Below are positions 1-10,741 of a stretch of DNA of 32,000 bases, piece by piece. Both the position numbers and the translations under genes were made by a program. The notes under the pieces are model-generated. The model was not told the origin of the DNA. It did no database searches and worked only from the letters and a program-made list of their open reading frames with translations. Each line of letters starts with the position of its first letter. Within the stretch, counting starts at the first letter, position 1. Source of the stretch: Methanococcus maripaludis (lineage in GTDB: Archaea; AGJL01; Methanococci; Methanococcales; Methanococcaceae); contig NZ_CP026606.1 in the NCBI RefSeq assembly GCF_002945325.1, forward strand, positions 1,650,001 to 1,682,000, read 5' to 3'.

Positions 1-27
1 CTTAATTTTTCCAGTAATTCTGAACAT
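1..27 (-). CDS. 5' end of an unidentified gene downstream of atpD (runs off the window edge)
   Basis: After the atpD stop the reverse strand reads ttcaacatcgttGGTGGtttt-ATG TTC AGA ATT ACT GGA AAA ATT AAG (MFRITGKIK...). A GGTGG Shine-Dalgarno sits 4 nt before the ATG at 27..25. Only 9 codons are visible, so no product call is possible. Confidence 0.3.
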
Positions 28-48
28 AAAACCACCAACGATGTTGAA

Positions 49-708
<660 letters not shown>

Positions 709-739
709 TTAATAAAATGGGAATAATTCAGCTTCTGAA

Positions 740-2128
<1,389 letters not shown>

Positions 2129-2162
2129 GATAACCCTCCTTACAGTTTAAAATTAAATTAGG

Positions 2163-3923
2163 TTATTTGATTAAAGCACCTAATTCGGATTCCATTTTGT
2201 TAATGATTTCAGGTACTTTCGTGTTTATAAATTCGTCATCAGTCAAGTATTTCATTCTTGCAATGTCTCCTTTTACAGTAACAGCTGAAATGCCTGCTGG
2301 GTCAGCACCTTTAGCAACTGCATCTAATCCTTTCTTGTAGAACGTCATGATGATTTTCAACATGTTGTACTGTTTTAATGGTGAACAGTAGCTGTCTACT
2401 TCGTGGTATGCATCTTGCTGTAAGAAGTCTTCTCTTAACATTCTTGCAATTTCTAAGATAACTCTTTCTCTGTCTGGAAGTGCATCTGGACCAACAAGTT
2501 GAACGATTTCTTGGAGCTCAGCTTCTTTTTGGAGTAAGCTCATTGCTTCATCTCTTAATGATCTCCAGTCTGCTGCGGTGTTTTGTTGCCACCAGCCAGC
2601 GATGTCGTCAATATAGAGTGAGTAACTTGTTAACCAGTTGATTGCAGGGAAGTGTCTTCTTCTTGCAAGGTTTGCATCTAATGCCCAGAACACCTTAACG
2701 ATTCTCAATGTGTTTGATGTAACTGGTTCTGAGAAGTCACCACCTGGTGGTGATACTGCACCTACAATACATACGAATCCTTGTTTGTTTTCTGAACCTA
2801 AACATTCAACTCTTCCTGCTCTTTCGTAGAACTGAGCGAGTTTTGATGAAAGGTATGCAGGGTATCCTTCTTCCCCAGGCATTTCTTCAAGCCTACCTGA
2901 GATCTCTCTCATTGCTTCTGCCCATCTTGATGTTGAGTCAGCAGTTAAGAGAACACCAAGTCCTTGGTCTCTGAAGTATTCTGCAATTGTAATTCCAGTA
3001 TATACTGAAGCTTCCCTAGCAGCTACCGGCATGTTTGATGTATTTGCAATTAATACGGTCCTGTCCATCAATTTGTTTCCTGTTTTGATATCATCTAAGT
3101 GTGGGAACTCTTCGATAACTTCTGTCATCTCGTTACCTCTTTCTCCACAACCGATGTATACCACAACATCCACGTCAGACCATTTAGCAAGCTGGTGTTG
3201 TGTAACAGTTTTTCCACTTCCAAATGGACCTGGAATTGCTGAAGCACCACCTTTTGCAAGTCCGAAGAATGTATCTTCAACTCTTTGACCGGTAATTAAT
3301 GGAATTACTGGAGCTTGTTTTCCTTTTGATGGTCTTGGCTTTCTTACAGGCCATTTTTGCATCATCATGATTTCTTTTTCGCCTTCAGCGGTTTCAACAA
3401 CTGCAACTGTTTCTTCAACAGTGAAGCTGCCTGCTTTAATTTCTTTGATTTTACCGCTAACTCCGAAAGGAATCATGATTTTGTGAACGATTGATGCAGT
3501 TTCTTGAACTGTACCGATAACGTCCCCAGTTATAACTTCATCTCCAGCTGCTGCAGTTGGTTCAAAGTCCCATTTAATTTCTCTTGAGATTGATGGAACA
3601 CTTACTCCTCTTGGGATGTAAATTGAATCTGTAGCATTTTCGATTTCGTTTAAAGGTCTTTGAATACCATCGTACATTGCTTTTAACATACCAGGGCCGA
3701 GCTCTACTGATAATGGAGCACCAGTACCTTCAACTCCTTCTCCTGGTTTGATACCAGCAGTTTCTTCATAAACCTGAATGATTGCTTCGTCCTCAGTTAA
3801 CTGAATGATTTCCCCGGTTAAACCTTCGTTTCCTACTTTAACCACTTCGAACATCTGGGAACCTTTCATGCCTTCGGCAACAACAACCGGACCGGATATT
3901 TTGATAATTTTACCGACGACCAT
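2163..3923 (-). CDS. atpA: A1AO ATP synthase subunit A (catalytic)
   Basis: 586 aa. Walker A is GPFGSGKT and the Walker B region is [15 protein letters not shown]. The N-terminus [19 protein letters not shown] is typical of A subunits. The reading frame is continuous, with no intein. Confidence 0.98.
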   Translation of the reverse strand: MVVGKIIKISGPVVVAEGMKGSQMFEVVKVGNEGLTGEIIQLTEDEAIIQVYEETAGIKPGEGVEGTGAPLSVELGPGMLKAMYDGIQRPLNEIENATDSIYIPRGVSVPSISREIKWDFEPTAAAGDEVITGDVIGTVQETASIVHKIMIPFGVSGKIKEIKAGSFTVEETVAVVETAEGEKEIMMMQKWPVRKPRPSKGKQAPVIPLITGQRVEDTFFGLAKGGASAIPGPFGSGKTVTQHQLAKWSDVDVVVYIGCGERGNEMTEVIEEFPHLDDIKTGNKLMDRTVLIANTSNMPVAAREASVYTGITIAEYFRDQGLGVLLTADSTSRWAEAMREISGRLEEMPGEEGYPAYLSSKLAQFYERAGRVECLGSENKQGFVCIVGAVSPPGGDFSEPVTSNTLRIVKVFWALDANLARRRHFPAINWLTSYSLYIDDIAGWWQQNTAADWRSLRDEAMSLLQKEAELQEIVQLVGPDALPDRERVILEIARMLREDFLQQDAYHEVDSYCSPLKQYNMLKIIMTFYKKGLDAVAKGADPAGISAVTVKGDIARMKYLTDDEFINTKVPEIINKMESELGALIK

Positions 3924-3938
3924 ATTTTCACCTCAGAA

Positions 3939-4238
3939 TTACTTAATGTCAACACCAACAGCGTTTCTTACTAATACTTTCACAGGATCATTTTCTCTGA
4001 CAATAGGACCGTTTTTGTCAGGAACTTCTACAACAACTTTTTTTATGCTTGAAATAGCATCCCTTATTTTTTCACCGATTCTCTCAGTGGTAATAATCAA
4101 TCCTATTTCAGAGTTGCTGTTTAATTCTCCAATTGCCTTTGCAGCTTGTTCAGGGGAGTTAACTTCGTAGACATCTGTAAGTCCAGCAAGTCTGAACCCA
4201 GCTACTACATCAGGATCTCCAACTACACCGATTCTCAT
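3939..4238 (-). CDS. atpF: A1AO ATP synthase subunit F
   Basis: 99 aa. MRIGVVGDPDVVAGFRLAGL... matches the A/V-ATPase F-subunit family, and the gene has the conserved position between C and A. Confidence 0.88.
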   Translation of the reverse strand: MRIGVVGDPDVVAGFRLAGLTDVYEVNSPEQAAKAIGELNSNSEIGLIITTERIGEKIRDAISSIKKVVVEVPDKNGPIVRENDPVKVLVRNAVGVDIK

Positions 4239-4259
4239 AATATCACTTTATAATCGTTT

Positions 4260-5435
4260 TTAGGATACCAGTATCTCCCTGATTTCACTTGCAGACAGGC
4301 CTTCAATTTTACCTTTAATGATAATTTTTAAATTTCTTATCTCAAGTTCTTTTGAGGTAATAAGTCCAATTATCGGGCCTATTCCAAATGGCTGTCTGAG
4401 TGATAATTTTTTACCCATTTGAACTAGGTAACTGTCAAGTGCTTTTTCAAATACATAAACTGACTTAACTTTTTCGAATTCTTCGAGGTTTTCAGTTACA
4501 ATTGGTGCATATTTTGTACCTTCAAGTGAACTGATAACTCCTTCGATTGATTCTACATCAGCAAGCTCTTTTAATTTCCAAGAAGCAAGTTCGTATCCTT
4601 TGCTTGTTGTATATTTTGAAATAACTTCAGATGATAATCCGTCAGCTTTTGCTTTGAGGATGATTTTCAAGTTTTCAATGTCAATCATTGTTCCGATAAA
4701 TTCTTTGAACAAGTCTTTTTCGGTACCATCAACACTCACGTTTTTCCAGAGGTTTTCAAGGATTAATTTATCGAGTGACATTTCAAGTGTAGTTAATTTG
4801 CCGTTTTGCTCGTATTCTGTCAAACCTTCTGAAAGTACGCCTGAATAACCAGTTCCATCTAAAGCACTTACTATTTCTTCAATTTCTTTAGTTTCACTTA
4901 ATTCTCTTAATTTGCTTTCAGGGATTGTTCCAAGTGGAATCAATAATTTGAAAGTTTCTTCAGCATCCAAACCAACATATTTTGCTCTAAGAAGTGTTTT
5001 GATGTTTTTAACATCGAATTTCTTTTCAAGCAATTTTAATATTTTCCTTGCTCCATCAGGGGAGATATTTGCAAGTGTTTGGTAAACGTGTGCTAAATGA
5101 ATATCCAATGCCTTTTCAACAACTACTGGGTCTTCACTTTGTCCTAAAACTTCGGATAAGTATGGCCCGTAGTCCGTATCTTCCAAGAATCCAATTAACT
5201 CTGTAGTTCCTGCAGATTCGATTAATTCATTTATTTTATGGTCTTTCAATAACCTAGACTCCATACTTCTTACTCTTGCATTAACGTAAGCAAATGGAGC
5301 AGTTTCTGACAAGTATCTTATCAGGAAGATCATAATAACCAAGAATATAGCGATTCCTGCAAGTACAAATAAAGTCATGAATATGTCAGTAGGCATTCCT
5401 GCTAATTCCATTAACTGTGTTAAAGCATCTACCAT
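4260..5435 (-). CDS. atpC: A1AO ATP synthase subunit C (V-ATPase d homolog) with a predicted N-terminal transmembrane extension
   Basis: 391 aa. It carries the conserved ...PFAYVNARVRSMESRLL motif and the repeated helical d/C-subunit body. The ATG at 5435 is preceded by GGTGA 6 nt upstream, overlapping the atpE stop. Residues ~18-40 (IFMTLFVLAGIAIFLVIMIFLI) are strongly hydrophobic. Confidence 0.9.
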   Translation of the reverse strand: MVDALTQLMELAGMPTDIFMTLFVLAGIAIFLVIMIFLIRYLSETAPFAYVNARVRSMESRLLKDHKINELIESAGTTELIGFLEDTDYGPYLSEVLGQSEDPVVVEKALDIHLAHVYQTLANISPDGARKILKLLEKKFDVKNIKTLLRAKYVGLDAEETFKLLIPLGTIPESKLRELSETKEIEEIVSALDGTGYSGVLSEGLTEYEQNGKLTTLEMSLDKLILENLWKNVSVDGTEKDLFKEFIGTMIDIENLKIILKAKADGLSSEVISKYTTSKGYELASWKLKELADVESIEGVISSLEGTKYAPIVTENLEEFEKVKSVYVFEKALDSYLVQMGKKLSLRQPFGIGPIIGLITSKELEIRNLKIIIKGKIEGLSASEIREILVS

Positions 5436-5445
5436 CTAAATCACC

Positions 5446-6057
5446 TTAGAACAACATTTCAGCAATTTTAGCTCTGACTGAATCTAAATTCCTTTCAAAT
5501 GTTGCTTCGAGGCTGTTGTCAGATACTTTTGTTTGATCTGCAGTTTTTATGATACAACCGCCAATGATCGATTTAGCTTCGCCTTTTTTCAATACTGTGA
5601 CTTTTTTGAGTCTGTCTTCCATTTCTTTTTCGAGAGCCCAAAGTGTTGAGTCATCGATTAATTCAAAGTCTTTTTTGTTGAGTAACAATTCTAATTCGCC
5701 GCCGCCTACTGAGTAAACTCCGGAAATTATCAATTTCAACAAAATGTCTTTGTAGTCTTCTTTTTGAGGTAATTTTACTAAATCTTCCTCTAATTTTTCG
5801 AGAGTTAACTGGATCGTTTTTTCTCTTTCTTCAAGCAATTTTTTCTTTGCGGAGAGTCTTGCTTCGGCTAAAATTCTGTTTTTAGTCATTTCAGCATCTT
5901 TTTCTCCTTTTTTAGCTATTGCTTGCTCTTTTTTTGAAGCTTCTTCTTTAGCTTCAGTTAATATTGCTTCTTTTTCATTAAGAGCTTCAGCCAAAATTTT
6001 TTCGGCATTTTTATTTGCATCTTCTACGATTTTGGATGTTATCTTTTCCGCTCCCAT
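5446..6057 (-). CDS. atpE: A1AO ATP synthase subunit E (peripheral stalk)
   Basis: 203 aa with a K/E/A-rich coiled-coil N-terminal half and a globular C-terminal half. It has the conserved position between K and C. Confidence 0.85.
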   Translation of the reverse strand: MGAEKITSKIVEDANKNAEKILAEALNEKEAILTEAKEEASKKEQAIAKKGEKDAEMTKNRILAEARLSAKKKLLEEREKTIQLTLEKLEEDLVKLPQKEDYKDILLKLIISGVYSVGGGELELLLNKKDFELIDDSTLWALEKEMEDRLKKVTVLKKGEAKSIIGGCIIKTADQTKVSDNSLEATFERNLDSVRAKIAEMLF

Positions 6058-6117
6058 CGTAACACCTTCGGAATTGGATTTAAAGTATTTAGAAACCCTG
6101 AGTTTCGTTATTTTTAA

Positions 6118-6789
6118 TTAGAACATGATACCGAGCATGATCAAGATTGCTATCAATAAACCGAAGATAGCGAAAGTTTCTGGCATAACTGCTAAAACTA
6201 AACCTTTACCCATTGCATCAGGATCTCTAGCTGTAGCTCCAATTGCACCTGCAGCTGTGATACCCTGACCGATACCTGAAAGACCAGCGAAACCAACAGC
6301 TAAACCAGCACCGAGGGCTGCAATTGTTGTAACACCTGGGCTTGCAAATACTCCAACTAAGAGAAGGATTGCAACTAATAAACCGTAAATTGCCTGAGTT
6401 TCTGGAAGAACGGAGAAAACCATTGCTTTACCGAAAATTCCATCATCTTCAGCAACAGCACCTAAACCAGCAGCTGATGCGATACCTTGACCGATTGCGG
6501 ATAAACCAGCTAAACCAGTACCTATACCTGCAGCGAGCATTGCCCATTCAGGAGCGCTTTTGAATACGAATAATATTAAGATTGCAACAAGGAAACCATA
6601 GAGACCTTGTGTTTGTGGTAATGCTTGGAACACGATTGCTGTACCGAATTTGTTTGGGTCTTCTGCAACAACGCCAGCACCGCTAGCACCAGTGATACCT
6701 GCACCGATACCTGAACCGAGACCAGCAATACCTACTGCTAAACCAGCACCGATAGCTCCGAGTAATAATGGGTTTTCAAATACCATCAT
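6118..6789 (-). CDS. atpK: A1AO ATP synthase proteolipid (subunit K/c), triplicated hairpin form
   Basis: The maximal ORF runs to 6810, but a GAGGTG Shine-Dalgarno lies just upstream of the ATG ATG at 6789/6786, so the true start is probably there (MMVFENPLLLGA...). The protein is three tandem Gly/Ala-rich hairpins carrying LPQTQ, LPETQ and MPETF. Confidence 0.92.
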   Translation of the reverse strand: MMVFENPLLLGAIGAGLAVGIAGLGSGIGAGITGASGAGVVAEDPNKFGTAIVFQALPQTQGLYGFLVAILILFVFKSAPEWAMLAAGIGTGLAGLSAIGQGIASAAGLGAVAEDDGIFGKAMVFSVLPETQAIYGLLVAILLLVGVFASPGVTTIAALGAGLAVGFAGLSGIGQGITAAGAIGATARDPDAMGKGLVLAVMPETFAIFGLLIAILIMLGIMF

Positions 6790-6838
6790 AAGCACCTCGT
6801 TTCGAATCATTCATTTAGATTATTTTTCCTTTTTTTAA

Positions 6839-8908
6839 TTAGTTTGAAGTGTATTCTCTTTTAGCTTTGAATGGGGAGAATTTCTTTCCACCACCTTCAT
6901 AGTATTGGCCAAAGAATTCTACGTAATGTAGCCTCAATGAGTGGATAAATGAACCAAGACCATTCATCACGAAGTTGAATGAGTGACCAAATACAAGCAT
7001 TACTACTGCAATTAAAATACCGATTACTGGAACTGCATCTCCTAATAATTTAGCCATAATGTTTACAGCCATTGCAAGACCACCTGTAGCTAAACATAAA
7101 GCTAAAAGCCTTGCGTAAGAGAGAACGTTACCTAAAAATCCTGTAATATCCATTGCACCTAGTAAAGCATCGAGAATGCCGCCATTCATGAATCCTTTAA
7201 TCATACATAATGCGATTACCGCGATTACTGCACCGCCTGCAATCATCATGTTTCCGGTTACTACTGTAGCAACTATTGCAAGTATCAATAATATCCACAT
7301 ACCTTGATTTAAGAATGCATCTAAAACTGATCCATTTGCCAATGATTCCTTAAGACCAACTGTTAATCCAATGAATAGGTGAATAATACCTGCTACAATT
7401 GAGAATAACAAGATTGCCATAGGTCCATTGTTTACATCAATTCCACCAAGACTGAGTAATGGTTTTGCTGCACTGATGTATGTGCTTTCACCAAGCGGGT
7501 TTACAAGCGCAAATCCTGTTGTGTATATGTCCATTCCAAGGAATTGGTACATAAAGTCACCAAGGTAGCCACCTGTTAATATTCCAAAGAATACTGTTGA
7601 AAGACCTGAGAGTGTTAAGATATAACCTAAGTTGTATGCACCACTGCTCACTTTGCCCATTCTTTTCCAGAGTACAAGACCTGCCAAGGTTAACAATAAA
7701 CCATAAACCGCATCAGTAAGCATAATACCGTAGAATATTAAAAAACCAGGCATTATCATCATTGTAGGGTCGATTTCGTTGTATTTTGGCGGTGCGTACA
7801 TTTCTGTAAGCATTTCGAATGGTTTTACAGATTTTGCATTGTCGAGCATAACAGGTATTTTTTCAACTGGTTCGTCAGGCTCTGAAACTTCAACAACTGC
7901 ATATCCTTCTGAAGCGCTTTCAATGATTTCCTGAACTTTTTTAACATGTTTCTTAGGTGTCCAAGCTTCAATGAGGTGTGTCCTGTCGGTTTTACCTGTC
8001 ATTGAATATGCTTCAGCTCTTTCTTTTTCAATTTCAAGAACTTCATGCAAAACTAAGACTTCGTCAGTCCATTTTTTTGAAAGTGCGTTCAAATTTTCTA
8101 AAATAGCTTTTGTTTCGGTTTCGATACTTAAAAGTTCTTTTTCAGTATCGTTGAAAATCTCTGAAGGGGTTCCTTCAACATTTGCAATGTCTAGTCTTTC
8201 AAAACCAGATTTTCTGAGTTCTGCGCCTACAACATCTGCACATTGTTTCAATGTAGCGACAATTACTGGAATTTTTTGTTCCTTTTCGCTCTTATTTACA
8301 GGATTTCCTTTTACAATTTCAACATAACCTTCTGTAGCTTCTTCAAGTGAAGATTCTAATTCAGATATATCTTCTTGTGAAACAAGTCCAGAAACAATAT
8401 ATGTGTAAGATCCTTCCCCGAGGAATTTCAAATCAAGATCAAAACCAGATAAATATTTAACACTGTCTTTTAACGTTTCAAGAATAGTTTTTCTATTTTC
8501 AAGTTCGGCCAGCTTTTTAGCGGGTTCTGAGACTTCTCCTTCAACGCTCTCGAGAACGTTTTCAACGTTGGAGATAATTTCTTCAGATGATGAAAATGAA
8601 AGTTTCTTCTTTGCTGGTACTTTTGGATTAAGTACGCCTGAAAGTCCTGCTTTTTCTCCTTCACTGACGCTTGAAAATAAGTCTAATAATCTACTTACTT
8701 TAATTGTCAATGAAGCAACATTTCTACCATACTCGGCTGATGGAGCTGGCAACATAAGCGCGTTCCATTCAGGGTCTTCGAGTTTCGCAGATAAGTCGTA
8801 TAACTCCACTAGCCCGCTTTCATGGAGTTGTCTAATGACAGGATCCACTTTTTCATCCAAGATGACCGCTCTAATTTTGTTCATTCTTGCGGGTCTCAAT
8901 AAAACCAC
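6839..8908 (-). CDS. atpI: A1AO ATP synthase subunit I (a-subunit homolog, stator/ion channel)
   Basis: 689-aa ORF from the GTG at 8908. A TTG at 8899, 5 nt after GGTGG, would give MRPARMNKIRAV..., the usual subunit-I N-terminus. The protein has a hydrophilic N-terminal half and a multi-TM C-terminal half containing LSYARLLALCLATGGLA, which includes the essential Arg motif. Confidence 0.93.
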   Translation of the reverse strand: MVLLRPARMNKIRAVILDEKVDPVIRQLHESGLVELYDLSAKLEDPEWNALMLPAPSAEYGRNVASLTIKVSRLLDLFSSVSEGEKAGLSGVLNPKVPAKKKLSFSSSEEIISNVENVLESVEGEVSEPAKKLAELENRKTILETLKDSVKYLSGFDLDLKFLGEGSYTYIVSGLVSQEDISELESSLEEATEGYVEIVKGNPVNKSEKEQKIPVIVATLKQCADVVGAELRKSGFERLDIANVEGTPSEIFNDTEKELLSIETETKAILENLNALSKKWTDEVLVLHEVLEIEKERAEAYSMTGKTDRTHLIEAWTPKKHVKKVQEIIESASEGYAVVEVSEPDEPVEKIPVMLDNAKSVKPFEMLTEMYAPPKYNEIDPTMMIMPGFLIFYGIMLTDAVYGLLLTLAGLVLWKRMGKVSSGAYNLGYILTLSGLSTVFFGILTGGYLGDFMYQFLGMDIYTTGFALVNPLGESTYISAAKPLLSLGGIDVNNGPMAILLFSIVAGIIHLFIGLTVGLKESLANGSVLDAFLNQGMWILLILAIVATVVTGNMMIAGGAVIAVIALCMIKGFMNGGILDALLGAMDITGFLGNVLSYARLLALCLATGGLAMAVNIMAKLLGDAVPVIGILIAVVMLVFGHSFNFVMNGLGSFIHSLRLHYVEFFGQYYEGGGKKFSPFKAKREYTSN

Positions 8909-8932
8909 CTTTCAAGTTTTGACAACGGGAAA

Positions 8933-9241
8933 TTAGAATTCTATTACATCTTCCAATTTGATGTTTAGAATTTTGACTTTAGCAAGGTTTGCCATTTCAG
9001 CAATTGCTTTGTCTTCTTTATTCATTATTTCATTAGCTTTTTCTTCAGCTTCTTTTTCAAACTTTGAAACTAATTCTTTTGCAGATAATTCTGCACTAGC
9101 TTCGGCTTCAGAAATTATTTTCTTACCTTCTTCTATTGCGGCAAGCTTTATTTCTTCTGCTTTTTTCTTAGCTTCTTCTATCGCATTCACAGCATTATTT
9201 TCTGCATGCTTTATTTCCCTAATGGTATCTATAGCACTCAC
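8933..9241 (-). CDS. atpH: A1AO ATP synthase subunit H (peripheral stalk, coiled coil)
   Basis: 102 aa, A/E/K-rich coiled coil, and the first gene of the operon. The GTG start at 9241 has a GGAGGT Shine-Dalgarno (9248-9253, minus strand) 6 nt upstream. Confidence 0.75.
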   Translation of the reverse strand: MSAIDTIREIKHAENNAVNAIEEAKKKAEEIKLAAIEEGKKIISEAEASAELSAKELVSKFEKEAEEKANEIMNKEDKAIAEMANLAKVKILNIKLEDVIEF

Positions 9242-9285
9242 AGAATAACCTCCTTTGAAGAATAATTAGTATATCCCGTAGAATA

Positions 9286-9300
9286 CCTATATATATTTTA
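9286..9300 (-). promoter_or_regulatory. Probable TATA box/promoter of the ATP synthase operon
   Basis: The minus strand reads TAAAATATATATAGG about 45-55 nt upstream of the atpH GTG. That spacing fits an archaeal TATA at about -26 plus a short leader containing the SD. Confidence 0.5.
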
Positions 9301-9672
9301 TTACTTCCAAGATTTTTAATAAGCGATTTATTTTACTGTTTAAAAGCACCACTTGCAATATTTTAAAGCAGTCATCATAAATATATCAAAGTTATTTATG
9401 CCATTTTGGTTTTTCAAAGATTTTAATAGAAAAATCTTATTATTTGAATATCTAAGATAATTGATATACTTTTCGAATTGATTTTAAATTCAAAGATAAA
9501 AATGGGGTCATGAGACTAATTTATAGGTATAAGATTTATAAAATCGAATTTTCAAATTAAATTGGATATTAAATAATTTTTTGATAATTACGCATGTTGA
9601 GCTTATATATTTTTAAAAAGGGATATTTTTGAAAATTTAAATATTCTTTAAAATAAAGGGTTTAATTTCTAT

Positions 9673-9679
9673 AAAAAAA
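9673..9679 (-). terminator. Oligo-T terminator after the RM specificity gene
   Basis: A T7 run on the minus strand (gctacTTTTTTTatag) starts 17 nt after the TAA at 9696-9698. Archaeal RNAP terminates at oligo-T tracts. Confidence 0.5.
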
Positions 9680-9695
9680 GTAGCTTATTCTCTAT

Positions 9696-10739
9696 TTATT
9701 TCTTCGTGTAGCTTAAATATTTATTATATTTCTTTATCATAATATTTTTCATATATTGTTCCATATATTCATAATCGGGTTCATTATTTTCATTAATCGG
9801 TAGTAATATGTTCTGTTTTTTGATTCTTGTAGAATTAATTGTGTATGTGTAATTATATTTTGATTTTTGTTGTTTTAGCGAAGTAGATATAAAATATAAC
9901 ACTTTATCTGACATTTTCAATTTTGGTATAAGAATATTTACTTTTGTGCCTGTAAAAAATGAAAAATTTTGTACAAATGGTTGTGCGGTTTCGTTACCTA
10001 TCGTTATTACTGGAAAGTTATTATTTAATTTACAAATATCTTCATCTATAAATCCGTCAAGACCATTATTCGATTCTTTTCTGGTAATATATGGAATATT
10101 GCCTGAAATTTTATCAACTTTATTTCCATCGATATTTTTTCCAATAATTACGTCAAATAACTCATTTATAAAAAATTCTTTCCATTCTTTTTTTTCTAAT
10201 GGAACAATTTCTTTATATGTTAATTCTTTGATAACTTTTTTTATGTGTTCTTTATATGTTTTTTCTTTAATTGCGTATTTTTCTTTGATATATTCTTCCA
10301 TAAATGCCCAATCTGGTTTAAATTCCTCATTTTTCGAGATGGGAAGTAATATTTTAGTTGTATCCGCATTTCTTTGTCTAAATTGTTTGCCATACGAATA
10401 TTTACTTTTGTTTTGGTTGATACACGCTACAATAAATAGTTTTGTTGCTTTGGATAATTCATCATTTATAAAGAAATAGATATTGTCGTCCCCCGAACAA
10501 ATATGTTCATGATAAAATGCATTTCCAAACATATCTATGGAAATAAAATCTTTAAATGTGATAAAGTCTTTATTAGATATAAAATCTCCTAAACCTTGAT
10601 TATATTCTCCAGCGGTTAAAAAAGGTAAATTTCCATCGATTCTTTTTTCTTTAGTCAACCTTTTTCCATGGTAATTTTTAAAAATGCCATTTTCGCCACT
10701 TAAATTAAACTCTTTCCATGCCCTATCCTCCAATTTCAT
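9696..10739 (-). CDS. Restriction-modification specificity subunit with two target-recognition domains (BcgIB-like / HsdS-like)
   Basis: 347 aa with a clear internal duplication. WKEFNLSGENGIF...LPFLTAGEYNQGLGDFI...NKSKYSYGKQF...ILLPISKNEEFKPDWAFMEEYIKE is paralleled by WKEFFINELFDVIIG...IPYITRKESNNGLDGFI...QKSKYNYTYTI...ILLPINENNEPDYEYMEQYMKN. Each half ends in a helical spacer, as in S subunits. The start lies 2 nt after the stop of the methyltransferase-nuclease gene. Confidence 0.8.
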   Translation of the reverse strand: MKLEDRAWKEFNLSGENGIFKNYHGKRLTKEKRIDGNLPFLTAGEYNQGLGDFISNKDFITFKDFISIDMFGNAFYHEHICSGDDNIYFFINDELSKATKLFIVACINQNKSKYSYGKQFRQRNADTTKILLPISKNEEFKPDWAFMEEYIKEKYAIKEKTYKEHIKKVIKELTYKEIVPLEKKEWKEFFINELFDVIIGKNIDGNKVDKISGNIPYITRKESNNGLDGFIDEDICKLNNNFPVITIGNETAQPFVQNFSFFTGTKVNILIPKLKMSDKVLYFISTSLKQQKSKYNYTYTINSTRIKKQNILLPINENNEPDYEYMEQYMKNIMIKKYNKYLSYTKK

Positions 10740-10741
10740 AA

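Noticed and set aside
2163-3923. A possible intein or split in atpA, since some archaeal A subunits contain inteins.
   Set aside because: The 586-aa ORF is the normal length. It reads continuously through the P-loop region with no insertion and no Cys/Ser...HN splice-junction block.
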